Assembly: GCF_009834535.1 (NCBI RefSeq)
Contig: NC_045699.1
Location: forward strand, 67,642,001 to 67,706,000
From: Camelus ferus
Lineage: Eukaryota
DNA length: 64,000 bases
Reading direction: 5' to 3'
The position numbers and the translations under genes were made by a program. A model generated the notes under the pieces. That model searched no databases. It saw only the letters and a list, made by a program, of their open reading frames with translations, and was not told the DNA's origin. Positions 36,731-49,600 of the stretch are shown piece by piece; the first letter of the stretch is position 1; the number at the start of each line of letters is the position of its first letter.

Positions 36731-38685
36731 ACGCAGGGAGGACTCCACACCCCAGGCTTGAGCAGAAAACGGAAGTGACCTGAGGTGGGCTGGGGGAGAG
36801 GGCCAAAGGGTTTTTTTAGGAATTTTTTTTAAAGAGTTGGAAGTATTAGATCAAGAGTCTTTATAGAATTACAAAGGAAATGTTTAAGATGAAATGTTCC
36901 TCTATTCCTCCCCAGTCTGTATTCCAGCCAAAAAAATTTTTTTTCACAGAAGAAAGATATTTTCATGAAGTTTTTGGCACTATCTTATCATGCTGGATTT
37001 TGCTGCCAAGGACAAGCAGTTCAGAACAACAGTAAAAGTGTGGGCAAGGCATTGCCCTTCCCAGGAAGGGGGGCCGGGCATTGTCAGGCCTAGAGAGGGA
37101 CCCCACTCAGGGCAAGGGCTGGCCCAGTCAAGTTTGTGGCTTTGGGAGCGGGTGTTGGGATGAGGTGAGGAGGGAGCAGGCGGCTGAGGCAGAAAGCCGA
37201 GAGGAGAAGGCCCAGGCACCCCAGAGCCCCGGCAGCCCAGGTTTTCTCTGAGTTTTCCTCCGGCTCCACTGGGCCATGCCCTGAGGCCACACGGTCCAAG
37301 CGGCAGAGCCCTCGGCACACCAGTCGGCCTCCTGTCGGCCAGAGACGGGGAGCTCACTTCCTTGCCGTCCCCTGACCGTGCTGCCGGACAGGCCCAACAG
37401 TTGGGGTCACAGAGCAGTCTTCTCCTTGCTCCCCATAAGGGCCCTCAAGAAATGCGGTGCCAGCCCCTGTATCCCCTGTGTCTGAGCAGCTCTGAGGGTC
37501 GTCTTTCAGCCCTGCTCTTCTTGAAGCTTTGGCAGCCCTGGCCTGAGAAGACTCAGGGCTTCCTCAGGAGACCCTTCAGCAGGGTCAGTTCCGTGCCAGT
37601 GAGGAAGTAGAGGGGTCAGCATTTCCCCCGGTGTTGTGAGAACAGTCTGCTGGAGTGCAGCCGCCATGGGGGCCTGGAGTGGGGACCTCCCCGCCCCATG
37701 TAGGCAGCTGAGCTTGCCTGAACTGCAGGGACAGTCAGTCCTCGGAGGGCAGGGAGTGGCCTTCATATTTGGGCAGCTGGAGCAGAAGGGGCCAAGCTTG
37801 CCCCTGAGAACAGACAGCCTTGCCCTGGAGGAGGAGTCAGCCCCTCACGGAGGAGCTGGGCCTCACTGCCACCCACCAGTGGGGGCCCAGGGACCCTCAT
37901 CTCAAGGAATTGGTGTGGAGCCTTGCGATGCATTAGCTGTTGTGGGGGTTCATGTCTGGACTCAGGGCTGGACTGTCTGTGCTTCTTATAATTTTCTATT
38001 TTATCCTTTTTTTGATCTAATAAGGACCTGGATTTGAGACATATGACCTTGGGCAGATCACTTGGTCTCTCCTACCTGGCTTCCTCTCAGTAGCTCCCCT
38101 CCAGCACTGCATTAACAGTACCTGCTAGTGACTAAGTATACAGAGAGCCGCTTGGATCGGGCTCCGACTCTGCCAAGTCCCAGACAAAGCACGTCAGGCA
38201 CATGCTCTCTGACCTTCTCACCCCCCTGCTAGGTAGATAGTGTCCTTATTTCCAGAAGTGGAAACAGGCTCAGAGAGATTGAGCAGCATGCCCAGCATGG
38301 AGGCACATAGGAAGTGGGGCCAGCATTGGTACCCAGGGTGTATGGCCTGGAGCCCGCAGGGACATGTCGCCTTGATATCTGGTGCCTCAGGCAGAGAGTG
38401 ATGCGGGTGCACAGCCCAGCATGAGGTCCAGCTTGGCCCAGAGTGGCCCTCCTACGTGTAATTTGTGCCCCTCTTTACCTTCTCCTGTTTGTAAATGCCA
38501 CTTTGACCCAGGCTTGTGAAGGGGATCTGTGGGCAGAGGGCAGAGGCGTGGACCTTCAGGGGACGGCAGCAAGGCTGGGCAGCTGGGCCTGGGATCTGCC
38601 TATTCTCAGGCCCGGGAGTCAGAGGCTTGGCTTTTGTTGAGCTCTCTCCCTGCCCTGCAGCTGGGCTTGACCCCGCTGGCCCTAC

Positions 38686-38956
38686 CTGTGTAGACGTCGT
38701 GGTCCCTGTCCAGGGTGGTGAACTGCTTGCCGTTGTGCCAGGTGAAGGAGTCGCCGGCGTTGCCATGGTAGCGCCCCAGCCGCAGCTTGTAATACTCGCT
38801 CTCAGGCTCCAGGCGGAAGCTGGCGTATTCTGCAAAGACCTTGCGGCCAGACCAGTCCTCCATGGTCACCAGCAGTTTGTAGTTGCCCTGGTTCGTCAGC
38901 CAGTAAATGTTCTCCAGGCCCAGCCAGTATTCGCCGTCAATGTTCCCAAACCCTTG
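38686..38956 (-). CDS. ANGPTL2: ANGPTL2 coding exon (fibrinogen-like domain), 271 nt, phase 0/1
   Basis: ttttccccag|CAA acceptor and G|gtaggg donor; encodes QGFGNIDGEYWLGLENIYWLTNQGNYKLLVTMEDWSGRKVFAEYASFRLEPESEYYKLRLGRYHGNAGDSFTWHNGKQFTTLDRDHDVYT. Confidence 0.97.
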
Positions 38957-40686
38957 CTGGGGAAAAGGCAGGCGAGCGTTAGTAAGGGATGGGCAGGGCG
39001 CTCCGCCAGCAGGGCCCGGCCGTTGGCTGCTCAGGGCCGCATGGAGGGGCCTGGAAACCGGCAGAGCCTAAGGCCAGCCTGGGTTTAGTTCCCCACTTCC
39101 CACCTGTGACTTGTTGAGTCATCTTGCCTGTCTGAGCCTCAGTCATGCATCACTCAAGACTATTTAGAGAGTGCCCGCTGTGTGCGAGGCATTGTGTGAA
39201 CACAGGGGACACTCTGTTTCCTTCCCCGCAGGGTTGCCAGACGACACACGCATATGGTAAATTGAGAGCCTAGCACACTACATGAGTTCCTCGGACAAAT
39301 CCCTTAGCTCCTCTGAGCTTCTGTTCCCTTCTCTGGGGATGGGCTGTGTGTGAGGGTCCCATGTAAACTAATGGTGTGACAGATGTGCGCTGTGACAAAT
39401 GCATGCCACATGCACCTGGGCGCCCTCCTAGCTCTAAAATTCAGGTTTATTATCGTTATTATATGTAGTTTTGGGAGTCATCAGCCAAGTGGTGGCCATT
39501 TGAAGTCTTGAAAATAGGTGGACTCATTAATGATCATAATAGCTAGTGTTTAGAGAGTTCTTGCGACATACTGGCACTGTCATCAGAACTTCCCATAGGT
39601 TATTTTGTTAATCTTCATGCCAACTCTGTGAGCTGAGTTCTGTGATTATCTCCCTAGAATGGGTGAACTGAGGCCCAGGTCACACAGCACGTGAGGGTGA
39701 GCCGGGATTGAGTCAAGAACCCAGACTTAACTGCTGTGCCTACTGCTCTGAGGACAAGAATGTGTAAAGGAGGCGAAAGGAGTTGAGGTGTGAGGCTTCA
39801 GGAACCTCACAGCTAGGAGGCAGAGGAGAAGGAGGAGAAAGCAAAGGCACAGGCTGGTCTGGAGGCGGGTGGGAGGGCAGGCAGGACAGGCGCGGGGCAT
39901 GGCTGAGCCACGTGTGGGGGTCGTGGTCCAGGTAGTTTGTAGGTTTTGCAGGTGTCAGAGGCCACTTCCTGTCTGTGCAGCCTTTTCATCTGTACACGGG
40001 GTCCACACCGGCCTCTCCCTCCCAGGGTTGGCTTGGGAGTAAAGGAGGCAATGAAGGGCAGTGCCCAGCGGGGTGCCTGGTGTGGGGGTGGTGGGGGGCA
40101 TCAGCAGACTGAGCTGCCCTTGCCGTCCTTAGTGCCACCTCTTTGTCCAGAGGAGGGAGGTGGGTGTGGGGCTGAACCCTCACAGCCTTTCCTCCCACAA
40201 GGGCGAGCCTTCAACTCCCTGGGAACTGGGAGCCCAGAGGATGAGCCCTGGAATTAGGACCCACGTGCTCCTGCAGTTCCCTGCAACAGGCCATGTGGAG
40301 GATTCTCCCAGGGCCTGGGAGCCTTGGGACTTGCCCCTTCTGGGCTGTGAGAACAGGTCTTCCCCTTGGGAGCCCCAGCTGGGAGTAAGATGCTCCCCAC
40401 ACCTAGGCTGGGTGAGGGGCTGCTGCTCCCCAGCATTTCTAAATTCCCACCCCACCCCATCTGGGGGGCATTTGTGGTCTGGACTCCTCACTCTCCTGCT
40501 GCAGTTGGTGAGGGGCAGGGAAGGAGCTGCTGGTCCTCACCACCCTGGCGGGTTTGCAGAAATGGAGTGTCCTCCTCCCTTGGGTGTTTCTAGTTTGGGC
40601 CACACAGGTCCTGACAGGCAACACGTACCTTCCCTCTGAGGGCCCTGCACTGACTGGTCAGGCCTCTCGGGGAGGGTGGTCCTCAC

Positions 40687-40880
40687 CTTGTAGGTCTCCC
40701 AGTTCCTGAAGAAGTTGACGGAGCCATNNNNNNNNNNNNNNNNNNNNNNNNNNNNNNNNNNNNNNNNNNNNNNNNNNNNNNNNNNNNNNNNNNNNNNNNN
40801 NNNNNNNNNNNNNNNNNNNNNNNNNNNNNNNNNNNNNNNNNNNNNNNNNNNNNNNNNNNNNNNNNNNNNNNNNNNNNNNN
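40687..40880 (-). CDS. ANGPTL2: ANGPTL2 coding exon (start of fibrinogen-like domain); only the last 41 nt are visible, the 5' part lies in an N gap
   Basis: 40687-40727 encodes (D)GSVNFFRNWETYK followed by |gtgagg. The start is inferred from the 194-nt length needed for phase 1 to phase 0 and a 493-aa product. The pyrimidine-rich gtgtccc beyond the gap fits an acceptor tract. Confidence 0.85.
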
Positions 40881-40883
40881 NNN
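40728..40883. other. Assembly gap (156 N) covering most of an ANGPTL2 coding exon
   Basis: N run that begins mid-codon in the D of DGSVNFF. Confidence 0.98.
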
Positions 40884-43235
40884 GGGACACAGGTGTGCAC
40901 GCGTCACAGACCTCCCTGTCGCCTGGCCCCCGAGCCATGTTCTCCCCGCCCCCACCGCCGGCTTCACCCCAAGCTGAACAGCCTCGGGCAGGGCTCGGCT
41001 GGGAGCCATCGGCCTGCAGTGTGAAGGCACCGACTGTGGTTTCCAGGTCTGTGAAGTAACATGATATAAAGACAAGAGCCCAGGGCTAGAACTCAGGATG
41101 CCTGGATTCTGAGCCCGCTTTCACCCCTGACTCCCGCACGCTGTGATGTGGGCGAGCTTCTGCACCTCTCCAACCCCGCGGTTTCCCCAGTTTGTAGAAG
41201 GGAGGTCATATTTACCTCATTGGGGTTGTAAGGATTGCTGAGCTCATTTGTGTGCAGTTCCTGGAGTGATTTCTCTTTTAAGTTGGTTATATTGGCAAAA
41301 AGAGACGCGTGCCTGCTACGAGGCAGTGGCGTCCGCCAGCCTTTGCGGGCTCCGCCAGGTCAGTGAGACGGGCTCGCTGCTTCCCGGGCGCTCAGGGCCG
41401 AGGCAAGCTGCGCCCAGCGACTGACTCTGTGCCTGCCTTTTGGTGACGGTGCTTGGGGACAGCTGCTACAGCTTTCAGTAAGTGAACTTCCCTGGAGTCA
41501 CAGGGGCCCAAGCAGTGCCTAGAATCTGTAGCCAGACATTTCAGGCTATTTCTGGGATTCAGATGCTGGCCTCCAAATATTTTGGGGTACCAAGTTCCCA
41601 TTCAGCTCAATCTGTATTTTCCAAAGGAAGATCACTGAAGGCCAAGTGCCCAGAGCTCATGTCCAGATGTCCATGAGCTTAAAGGATGGTGTCTAGGACA
41701 CATCCCAGTCCCTGGCTCTCTTCTGAAATTGAGACCAGATGGGTCTGTAATCTGTGACTTCACCGAGCTTGGGCAGCCTGGTCAGAAGGGGTGGGTGTCG
41801 CTGGGAATCTGAAAAGCCACCATAGGTCTGTCAGCACCCATCCCCACTTCCCCTGGCGGTTTCCTGTGTTCAGACATCGGCCACATCAGCAGGAGGGTGC
41901 AAACCAGAGTCACCAAGAGCCAGACAAAGGTGGGTCCTTCCTCACTGATCTTAGTAAACTTCAGAAGTTTTTCAAAACCTAGCCATTGAACTGTGCATTT
42001 TAAAATAAATAAAATCACCACACATAGCTTCAGCTTCTCTTCGAAACAGTTCTAGAGCAAGAATGGTTAAGACAAAATTTCTAAGAAAATTCCATCTTAT
42101 TCTATTAATGCGTATGTTTATTCAACAACTGTCTGTTGAGTCCCAGCCCAGGCAGGTACTATGCGGGGCCATGGAAGCCTAGGGCACAGTGGGGCTCCTC
42201 TGATGCCCAGCAAGGCGGGAGCTGACCTCCCCGGCCTTCTGCCAACCTGAATTCCTGTGGAATCTTGCTCTTCCCCTTCTGTGTGTGTGTGTGTTGGGGG
42301 AGGGGGGAGCAGGTATCAGCGGCAGATGTATTTAGCTTTTCTTGTGTGGATCAAATGTCTCACATCCCTTCCTGGCTGTGACTGGGCTTGAGTGTCTGCA
42401 GGTGATGGTTAAACAGGAGAAGTCTGGGTTTGGTCTTTGTTGGACGTCACTGGTGGCGTTTCCGGAGGCCTCACAGTAGTGTGTGAGCACCATCATCTGG
42501 GGCCCGACGGGAGGCCAGGTGCTGTCTTGCTCACCCCTCTGTCCCCAGTGCCCAGTATAGCACCAGAAGAAAGGTGGGTGTGGGTGCTCGCCGCTGACAG
42601 CTCACCAGGGGCTCCTCCCCTCCTCCTCTGGAGAGAGATGTCTCAGCCATTTACGTACTTGCCAGCCCTCTTTCCCCCAGGGGACAGGGCAGGACCCCAA
42701 GTACCCGCCCAGCAGCAGATGTGACAAGCCCTGCTTCCTTCTTTGCCTTGTGCCTCTTCTGTCCTGGGAAGGGGAGGCCAGACCTCCAGAAAGAACATTC
42801 ATGACGGAGAAAAAGATTTTGGTTGTGTTCGGCCCACAGCCCCAGGGACCAAGGCAGAGAAAGGGAGTCTGTCCCCGACAGCTGGAGCAGAGCACGGAGC
42901 GGGCGTGGGAGGCCTCCCAGCTCGTTACAAAGTCAGACGCACAGGAGAGGCCTTTGGAGGCGGAAGCTGGTGACAAGATCCGGCAGAAGCCTGCAGAATA
43001 ACACCCCCTGAAAACAAACAGCCGGACTTTTTGCTGCATAGCTGCCACGGGGCTCCGCGGATTTTCAGACTGAAAGGCCAGCTTTGAAGGCATCGCCACG
43101 TGGGGAGAAGCTTCGAGGCCACCGGGAGAGTGGCAGGTCAGCCTCGTGGTTCCCAGCCTGTACTCTTTCTGTGGGTGCCGTGGGTGGTTCCAGCTTTACC
43201 TTTGACATTTCCACAAAGGGCTGTTTTTAAAAGGC

Positions 43236-43382
43236 AAGTGTTTTAAAATGTTTTGGGGCCACCGATCCCTTTAAGAGTTTGAGAAACTCTAGACCCTCTA
43301 TCCAGAAAGACGCATAGACATACAACTTTGCTTATAATCAGAAGGTAAATGGATGTCCAAACCCCATATTATGAAGCCCTAG
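43236..43382 (-). mobile_element. MER5A1-like hAT-Charlie MITE
   Basis: ttttggggccaccgatccctttaagagtttgagaaactctagaccctctatccagaaagacgcat resembles reverse MER5A1. Confidence 0.6.
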
Positions 43383-43429
43383 AAGAGAGGCTTGAACAGA
43401 GCAGTAGTAATAATAAAATATTTCCACTA

Positions 43430-43630
43430 GCCAACCTATGGTGAGCATTTACTGTGTGCCCCATCCATGCATTTGTACACGAGGTCTTCCTGACACACCT
43501 GCCAGGTCGCTAGCAGTCTCCCCACTGCACAGATGAGGAAACTGGAGCGTGGGGACCTTAGGTGACATGCCGAGGTCACACGGCTGGTTGGGACAGATGC
43601 ATTATCTGAACCCAAGTGGTGGTCCGGAAC
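43430..43630 (-). mobile_element. MIR SINE
   Basis: gagcatttactgtgtgcc...cacagatgaggaaactgga...gaggtcacacggct. Confidence 0.75.
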
Positions 43631-46600
43631 CCAGACTCTCAGACTTTCTTCTTTTCCTCCAACCAGAGTGAGCTCAAGGGTTGAGGGCCAGGCGGACTTC
43701 TCTGTGTCCCTACAACTATTTTTAATCGTTGCCAGTCAGCCAGGTTAAAAAAAAAGTAAGAATTTTACTCCTTCTTTGTCAAAGTGTTATTCCTTTTTTA
43801 AATCTTTATTGATTTATTTTTCTTCTGTGTTTACCTGTTGGTATCTTTTGTCCATTTTACATCTATTTTAGCGTTTCTTATGATGTAGAGGTTTTTCCTT
43901 GTCTTTTTTTTTTTTTAAGGCAGATCCAGCAGTTCTTTCCTTTAAGGCTTTCAGGTATGGCATGCTTTCTAGAATCATGCAGTAAGTGTGAAATAGTGAA
44001 GAAGTGTTTAGTATTTTCTGCTGTTACTAAAAACAAACTCCATATGTCTCCTGCATCCAGTATGTCACATGACACTGAGGACCCACCAGCCTCCATCAAG
44101 AACATTTACAGACAGTGACCCCCAGCTACCCTTGCAGACCTCTAGAAAATCTCCTGCATTCAAATACGTTCCCTTTTCTTACACTAAAGGCACCAGTGGC
44201 AAAGGTCAGAAAATTAAATGTTGGGTGAAAATTAGTCAGCAAAATCCTTAGCATTGAAAAGTTGGCAGCAATAAAATAAAGTAGCAGAAAATGGCAGCAG
44301 TGAGATTATGGTGTGGCTGCTGAGTCCAATAGCTGAGTCCAAGCGTCCTCCTTTGGTGAGAACACTGTAACTGTTACATAAACTGTCGCCGGGGGTGGGG
44401 AGTGGGGGCAGGCACGGTGTCGGACTTTGACTAAGGAATCCATGGAGGAAGTGTGTGCTGGGGACAGGACCCCAAACTTGGAGTTCGGAGCTCTCGGCTC
44501 AAGGCTCGGTGGCCTCATCTCCTCACAGCTGACTTTGGGCAGGTCCTCCCTGAGCCTCACTTTCTTCTCCTGTAAACAGGGGGAAAGAACTCTACCTGCT
44601 CTGAAGGTCTCCTGAGCCCAGCACCCAGCACAAGGCCAACCAGGGCAGGTGCCAGTGAGGCTTTTTTTTTTTTTTTCTTTGATAGAGGAAAGCTGATAGT
44701 TTTGAAGTCGTCTACTTCCCGCCACCCCCATCCCCAAACAGGTTACTGTGTTTGCTTTAGGATTTCCAAGATGAAGTGTCAGATTATTTACTGATAGATG
44801 TTTGCCATAAAGGCATATTTTAGAAGTCATAACTTCAGTGGAGAGGGCCACAAAGACGTGTTGGAATGAAGGACGGAAACCTTTTTTGTCAATGAAACTG
44901 CATTTTCAGTGCGCGGCGGGCAGGGCTCTCCCTTGGAGCAGCACGGCGTGCCGGGTGCTGTTTCACTTGGCGCTCCTTCTGAAAGGGCAGCTCTGCCCGG
45001 AGCACCAGGCCAACACTAACTCGGCGGCACCAGGGCTCTGAGTGCAGTGAGCGCCCCGACCTCTCTCTGTGAAGACCATATTTACACTCCTGGCGCAACT
45101 GCAGCCAGAACGTTCCACGTGAAGGGAAGTGTAGCCGCCGTGGCCGAGCTGAGTCTGCGTGGTTCCCTATAGGAGCCACAGAGGGTGTGAAAAGCACCCG
45201 GGGCTGGGAGTCAGGAGGCCTCGGGGAGAAGGCAGGTTGGCAATGGGAACACAGTGTGCAGGTCTTGGGCCCCGATCCCCAGTGTCTGGTGAATGTTGGA
45301 GGTGATGGGGTTTGGGTGCCTGAGTCCTCTCCCTGCTTCCTTCCTCCTCACTGGGGTTCTTGATGGAGGGATCAGGTGCACAGGTCACCTACCCTCCCAG
45401 GGAGCCAGGAGCTACTTATTGCTATCTTATCCAGGGCTCAATACCCCAATGTAGGGCCTTTCTGGTAAAGCTGAATTAGAGCCTGCAGCCAGCCCCGGCC
45501 TGCGGGTAGCCTCCTAAGCCCAGTGTCCTCTCTGTGGATCTGAGACAGACCAGCTTCAGCCTGACTCACCCACCCAGGCCCCAGTGGAGAAATGGGCTCA
45601 CCAACTGCGTCAGTCTTCAGTATAGTCACCCCTCCTGCTAGGGAAACGTGGCCCCATGAATATCTGACCAGGCCAACTGGCTGAGAGGCCAAGAGCTGAG
45701 AAGTGGGTAGACACTGGGGCCTGCGTGGGCCAGAGTGATGCCTCTTCTGCCTCGCCGCGCCTGAGGCAGGGGGGAGCAGCTGAGAGTGCCTCCCGGCCGT
45801 GAGCTGGACTAGACCACGTGCAGGCCAGCAGTCTGACAGGGCTCTTTATCCCCTCAGCCCAAGTCTCCAGACCTGACCACCCGAGGCCTCACAGAGGACC
45901 CTGTGGCCTGTGGGAAGTGTTCTGGGATGTTTCAGTCCATATGTGGGCCCTGGGGAGAGGCTTCTGTGACATCATCAAGAAACACTGCTTTTGTGTGAGA
46001 ACGTACGCTGTTTCCAATTATTCTCACTGATATCTGCCTCCAACAAGTCTTTTGCCACTCCCTGAAACATTTTTCTAACAGGAGAAATGACTGGTTGTTG
46101 AAACTGGATCTAGAATTTCCAACCCAGATTAATAATCTGAGCCCCAGGGCACATGGACTGCCTAGGTGTGCGTCCCGCCCCGGCCAGCATGAGGACCTGC
46201 TGGGCGTCCCGGGTGAGGGCGGGAGAGCAGACAGCAGGTGGGGGCAGCGAGGAGCCGTCACCCGTGCCGCTCGAGTCTCACTTATCCGGGAGGCTGGGGA
46301 AATAATATTTTAGTTACGAACATACGTATTCTATGTCAGTCACCACTTTTCAGGGAACCAGAATACAGAACAATAACCTAGCACAGGAATAGCTGGTACG
46401 TCACCAAGGTCGTCTCACTCAAGCTGCCACCGAGCCCCAGAGCTGACATTCTGAACTACGCTTCTGGGCCTTCTGGGGAAAGGGTCCAGCTGCTCAGGCC
46501 CTTTAAGACCTCGGACAACAGGCATGCTGCTTGACAAGCTTTTCAGGAGTTTATGAAAAGTGTTTGAGGCCTAAAAAAAGTTGTTGGCTCTAAAATATGA

Positions 46601-49600
46601 AAAGAAAACTGCAAAATCAAAATGTGTATCATTAAATTTCTACAAAGTGTAACATCTGGTCAAGTTCATTGATTGTTAAATTTAGCCTTCATAAAAACTG
46701 TTATTACTTTCGAAAACAATTTGTAGGCTAGATTTTTCTCACTTCCCAAGAATTCCTGAACATGCCTGATGTTTGCCGAGAAATCAGAGCCAACCATAAA
46801 TTAATCGTGCTGCTCTTGGCCAAATAATTTCAAAGGCAAAATTATTAAAAATCCTTTCAAAATTTTTACAGTAGAAGTTATATTACATGTTGAGGTGGGT
46901 GTATTTCAGTGTGCTTGGTACACTCTTGGGCCCATGAAGAGCTTGAAGGGGTCCTGTTTCTGCCTGTTTGGCCTCTGGATAAACAGACACTGCAGTGTTG
47001 CTGCCCAGAGAACCCTTTCAAATACGCTGTGCCCACTCCCAGGTTTCCACCAGGACTCTTGGGCAGGGGGAGAGACATGGACTTTAAAGTGATTATGAAA
47101 AGAAAAGAGGTCAGAGTAGGAGGGAGCTGTGAGGGGCTCCCAGTGTGCAGATGCAGAGGTGAGCATCTCCCCGAGGCTCCTGGGACTGGTGGGGTGAAGC
47201 CCCGGGGCTCCCCAGCCACAGTGTAGAGGCTGAGGGGTGCTGTTCTGCAGGCATGTCATGGAGGAGCTCGTCACACCGTGACTGCGGTCCACGGATCCAG
47301 AACGGGTGGCGTTCCTACGGTTGGCCAAGCCTTTAACCCTTTCCAAGAAAGGGAGTCAGCTTATGGGCTTGTTCTTAGAGAACCTGTGTTGGCTTTCATC
47401 GATCACCCTCTGCTTTTCCAAATGCTCGCACACCCTTCTTCATAATCTTTTCTATAATTTCAACTGGGGTTTGACCACAAGCCAACTGGGCTGTGATTTC
47501 TAGTATTTTATCCTTTTTCTCATTCTGAAAACAGAACATTTGCCCCGCACCAAGCCTGATCTTCATGATTCCTCGATGATGGTGGCAGTGGTTCCAAGAG
47601 CATATCTCCAGGCCCTTAGCCCTCCTCATCCCCTCCTCCAGGAAGTCTTCCCCCACCCCAGAAGAGCTACTTACTCCTCCTCGGGGTTCCCATAATGCCT
47701 TGCATATTAACCTCCACTGGAATGTATAAGAATGATGACTGCCAGGGGTCTACAGCCCTTCACCTGCCAGGTGCTTTACATGTGCTTTTATTTTACCCTC
47801 ACAAGCCCCTGCAGCGGTGAGGAAACTACAGCTCAGAGAGATCACACAACTGGGAAGAGGAGGATGTGGGATTAGAACTCAGCTCTGCCTTCCACTCCCT
47901 GGTTCTTTCTCCTGCACTGCGCTGTGGCTGTCACACTGTGTTAGGATTGTTGGGGGTCTGTCTCCCCACCAGACTGTGGGCTCCTTTGGGGCAGGAGCCT
48001 TCTCAGGGCAGTGATTATGAGTTGACCCTCCCAGTCTAGCGCCAAGGGGCACCTAGCACCTCTCATGCCTTCCTCTGTCTCCCATCTTCTCACCATTGTG
48101 AGCTGCATTCCCTTTGGCATCTTCATTCTGTTCTTTCCAGTTTGAGACTCAATAATAATAAATCCATGTGGAAACAGCAGCCCCACAACAAAGAATAATT
48201 AGCATCCAGACCAAACCTTTGGAAAGGACACTGTTCTACGGGGAAGTCTGGACAGTGTGTAGAGCGAGTCTGCACTTTATGCCCAGGGTAGTGCCCAGTG
48301 ACTGGATTCTCTGTTCCTGTGGATGTCACTCTAGCACACCGCCTAAGACAGCTTAGTTTCAACACTTGAAAAAAAATTTTAAAACTATTATATTTGTCAC
48401 TTAAACTAAAATTTTCCTAGTGAAATTTCTCTCTGTATGTCCAGTAATTTTACCTTAAATTATTGTATTCAAAAAAATCTACTAAGGGAAGTCACTTATT
48501 CATTTAAAAAAAGAATGACATAAAAGCACTCCCAGCCCTGCAGCTCCACTGGCTCATCTTGAGGTGCAGGGCCGGGATCCTCAGACTCCTTTCCAACGTG
48601 CTCCTCTTCCAGAGTCACCCGGGGGCAGCTGAAGGGCTGCAGGGCTTGAGAAAGGGGCTGTGCCAGCACTCCCGAGGGCGGTCTCTGCTGCCGACCTCCT
48701 TCCTCGATGCTGACAGGGACCACTGGGAAGTGCCCAGCCTTGCTTTAGACACTGGAGTGTGATGCTAACTTAGTTCTGCTGTCTTTATCTTTTTTTCTGA
48801 GGGAGCATCTGAGGGTTATGACACATTCCACTGCTTGAATTCACCACAACAATCCATTCCTAGGACCAGTGAGCTGGCCACAGATGCCTGAGCCCCCGGA
48901 TTTTCTAGATGACGCTCAGTTTGCCAAGTGCCAAACTGTTGGGATTTCCAGACCACAAGGTGCCAGCTCACCACTTGTAACAATAACAAGTTAACGGTTT
49001 ATCTCCTGGGGCTGTAAATAGCCTAAGCACTTAGCCGATCGTCCTCGCTGGAAAGTGCCTGAGTAATAGCGGGAGAGCTTGCCAGCACACTCGAAGGCTC
49101 TGTGATCTGCTCCAAGGTACCCCAGGAGGAGAAGAGAGAAAGCGAAGCTGGGAGGAAGATGACCCAACTCGAACTCAAGAGGCTTTTGTTTATGAAGACG
49201 CGAGCAAGGAATGCTCTTTGAAATATCACTGGATTACGTAGTTCGTAATGAATTTGGGAATGAATTCGGGAATCTTATTTTGTTCAACAATAACATTTTA
49301 GAAACAAGACAGCACAGCACAGTGAAAACAGCACAAGCTCCGTAGGCAAGAGACCTCAGTTGGGATTTCCCTCAGTCCCTGTGACTTTAAAGATTTTCAG
49401 GCAGTGCTTGGTGGCTGTGGTCACCCTCACCATCCTCACAATGTCACCAACCCTCCTCCGGGCTCAGGCGCACATGGGACCAGCAGCTCTCATCTTGACT
49501 GACAGTTGCTTGACCTCCAGAAGGAGTAGGCCATACGTGATACATCTTGTTCTCAATTGTAAACCACAGTCTAATTACATATTTCCTACCTCGTTGTTCA

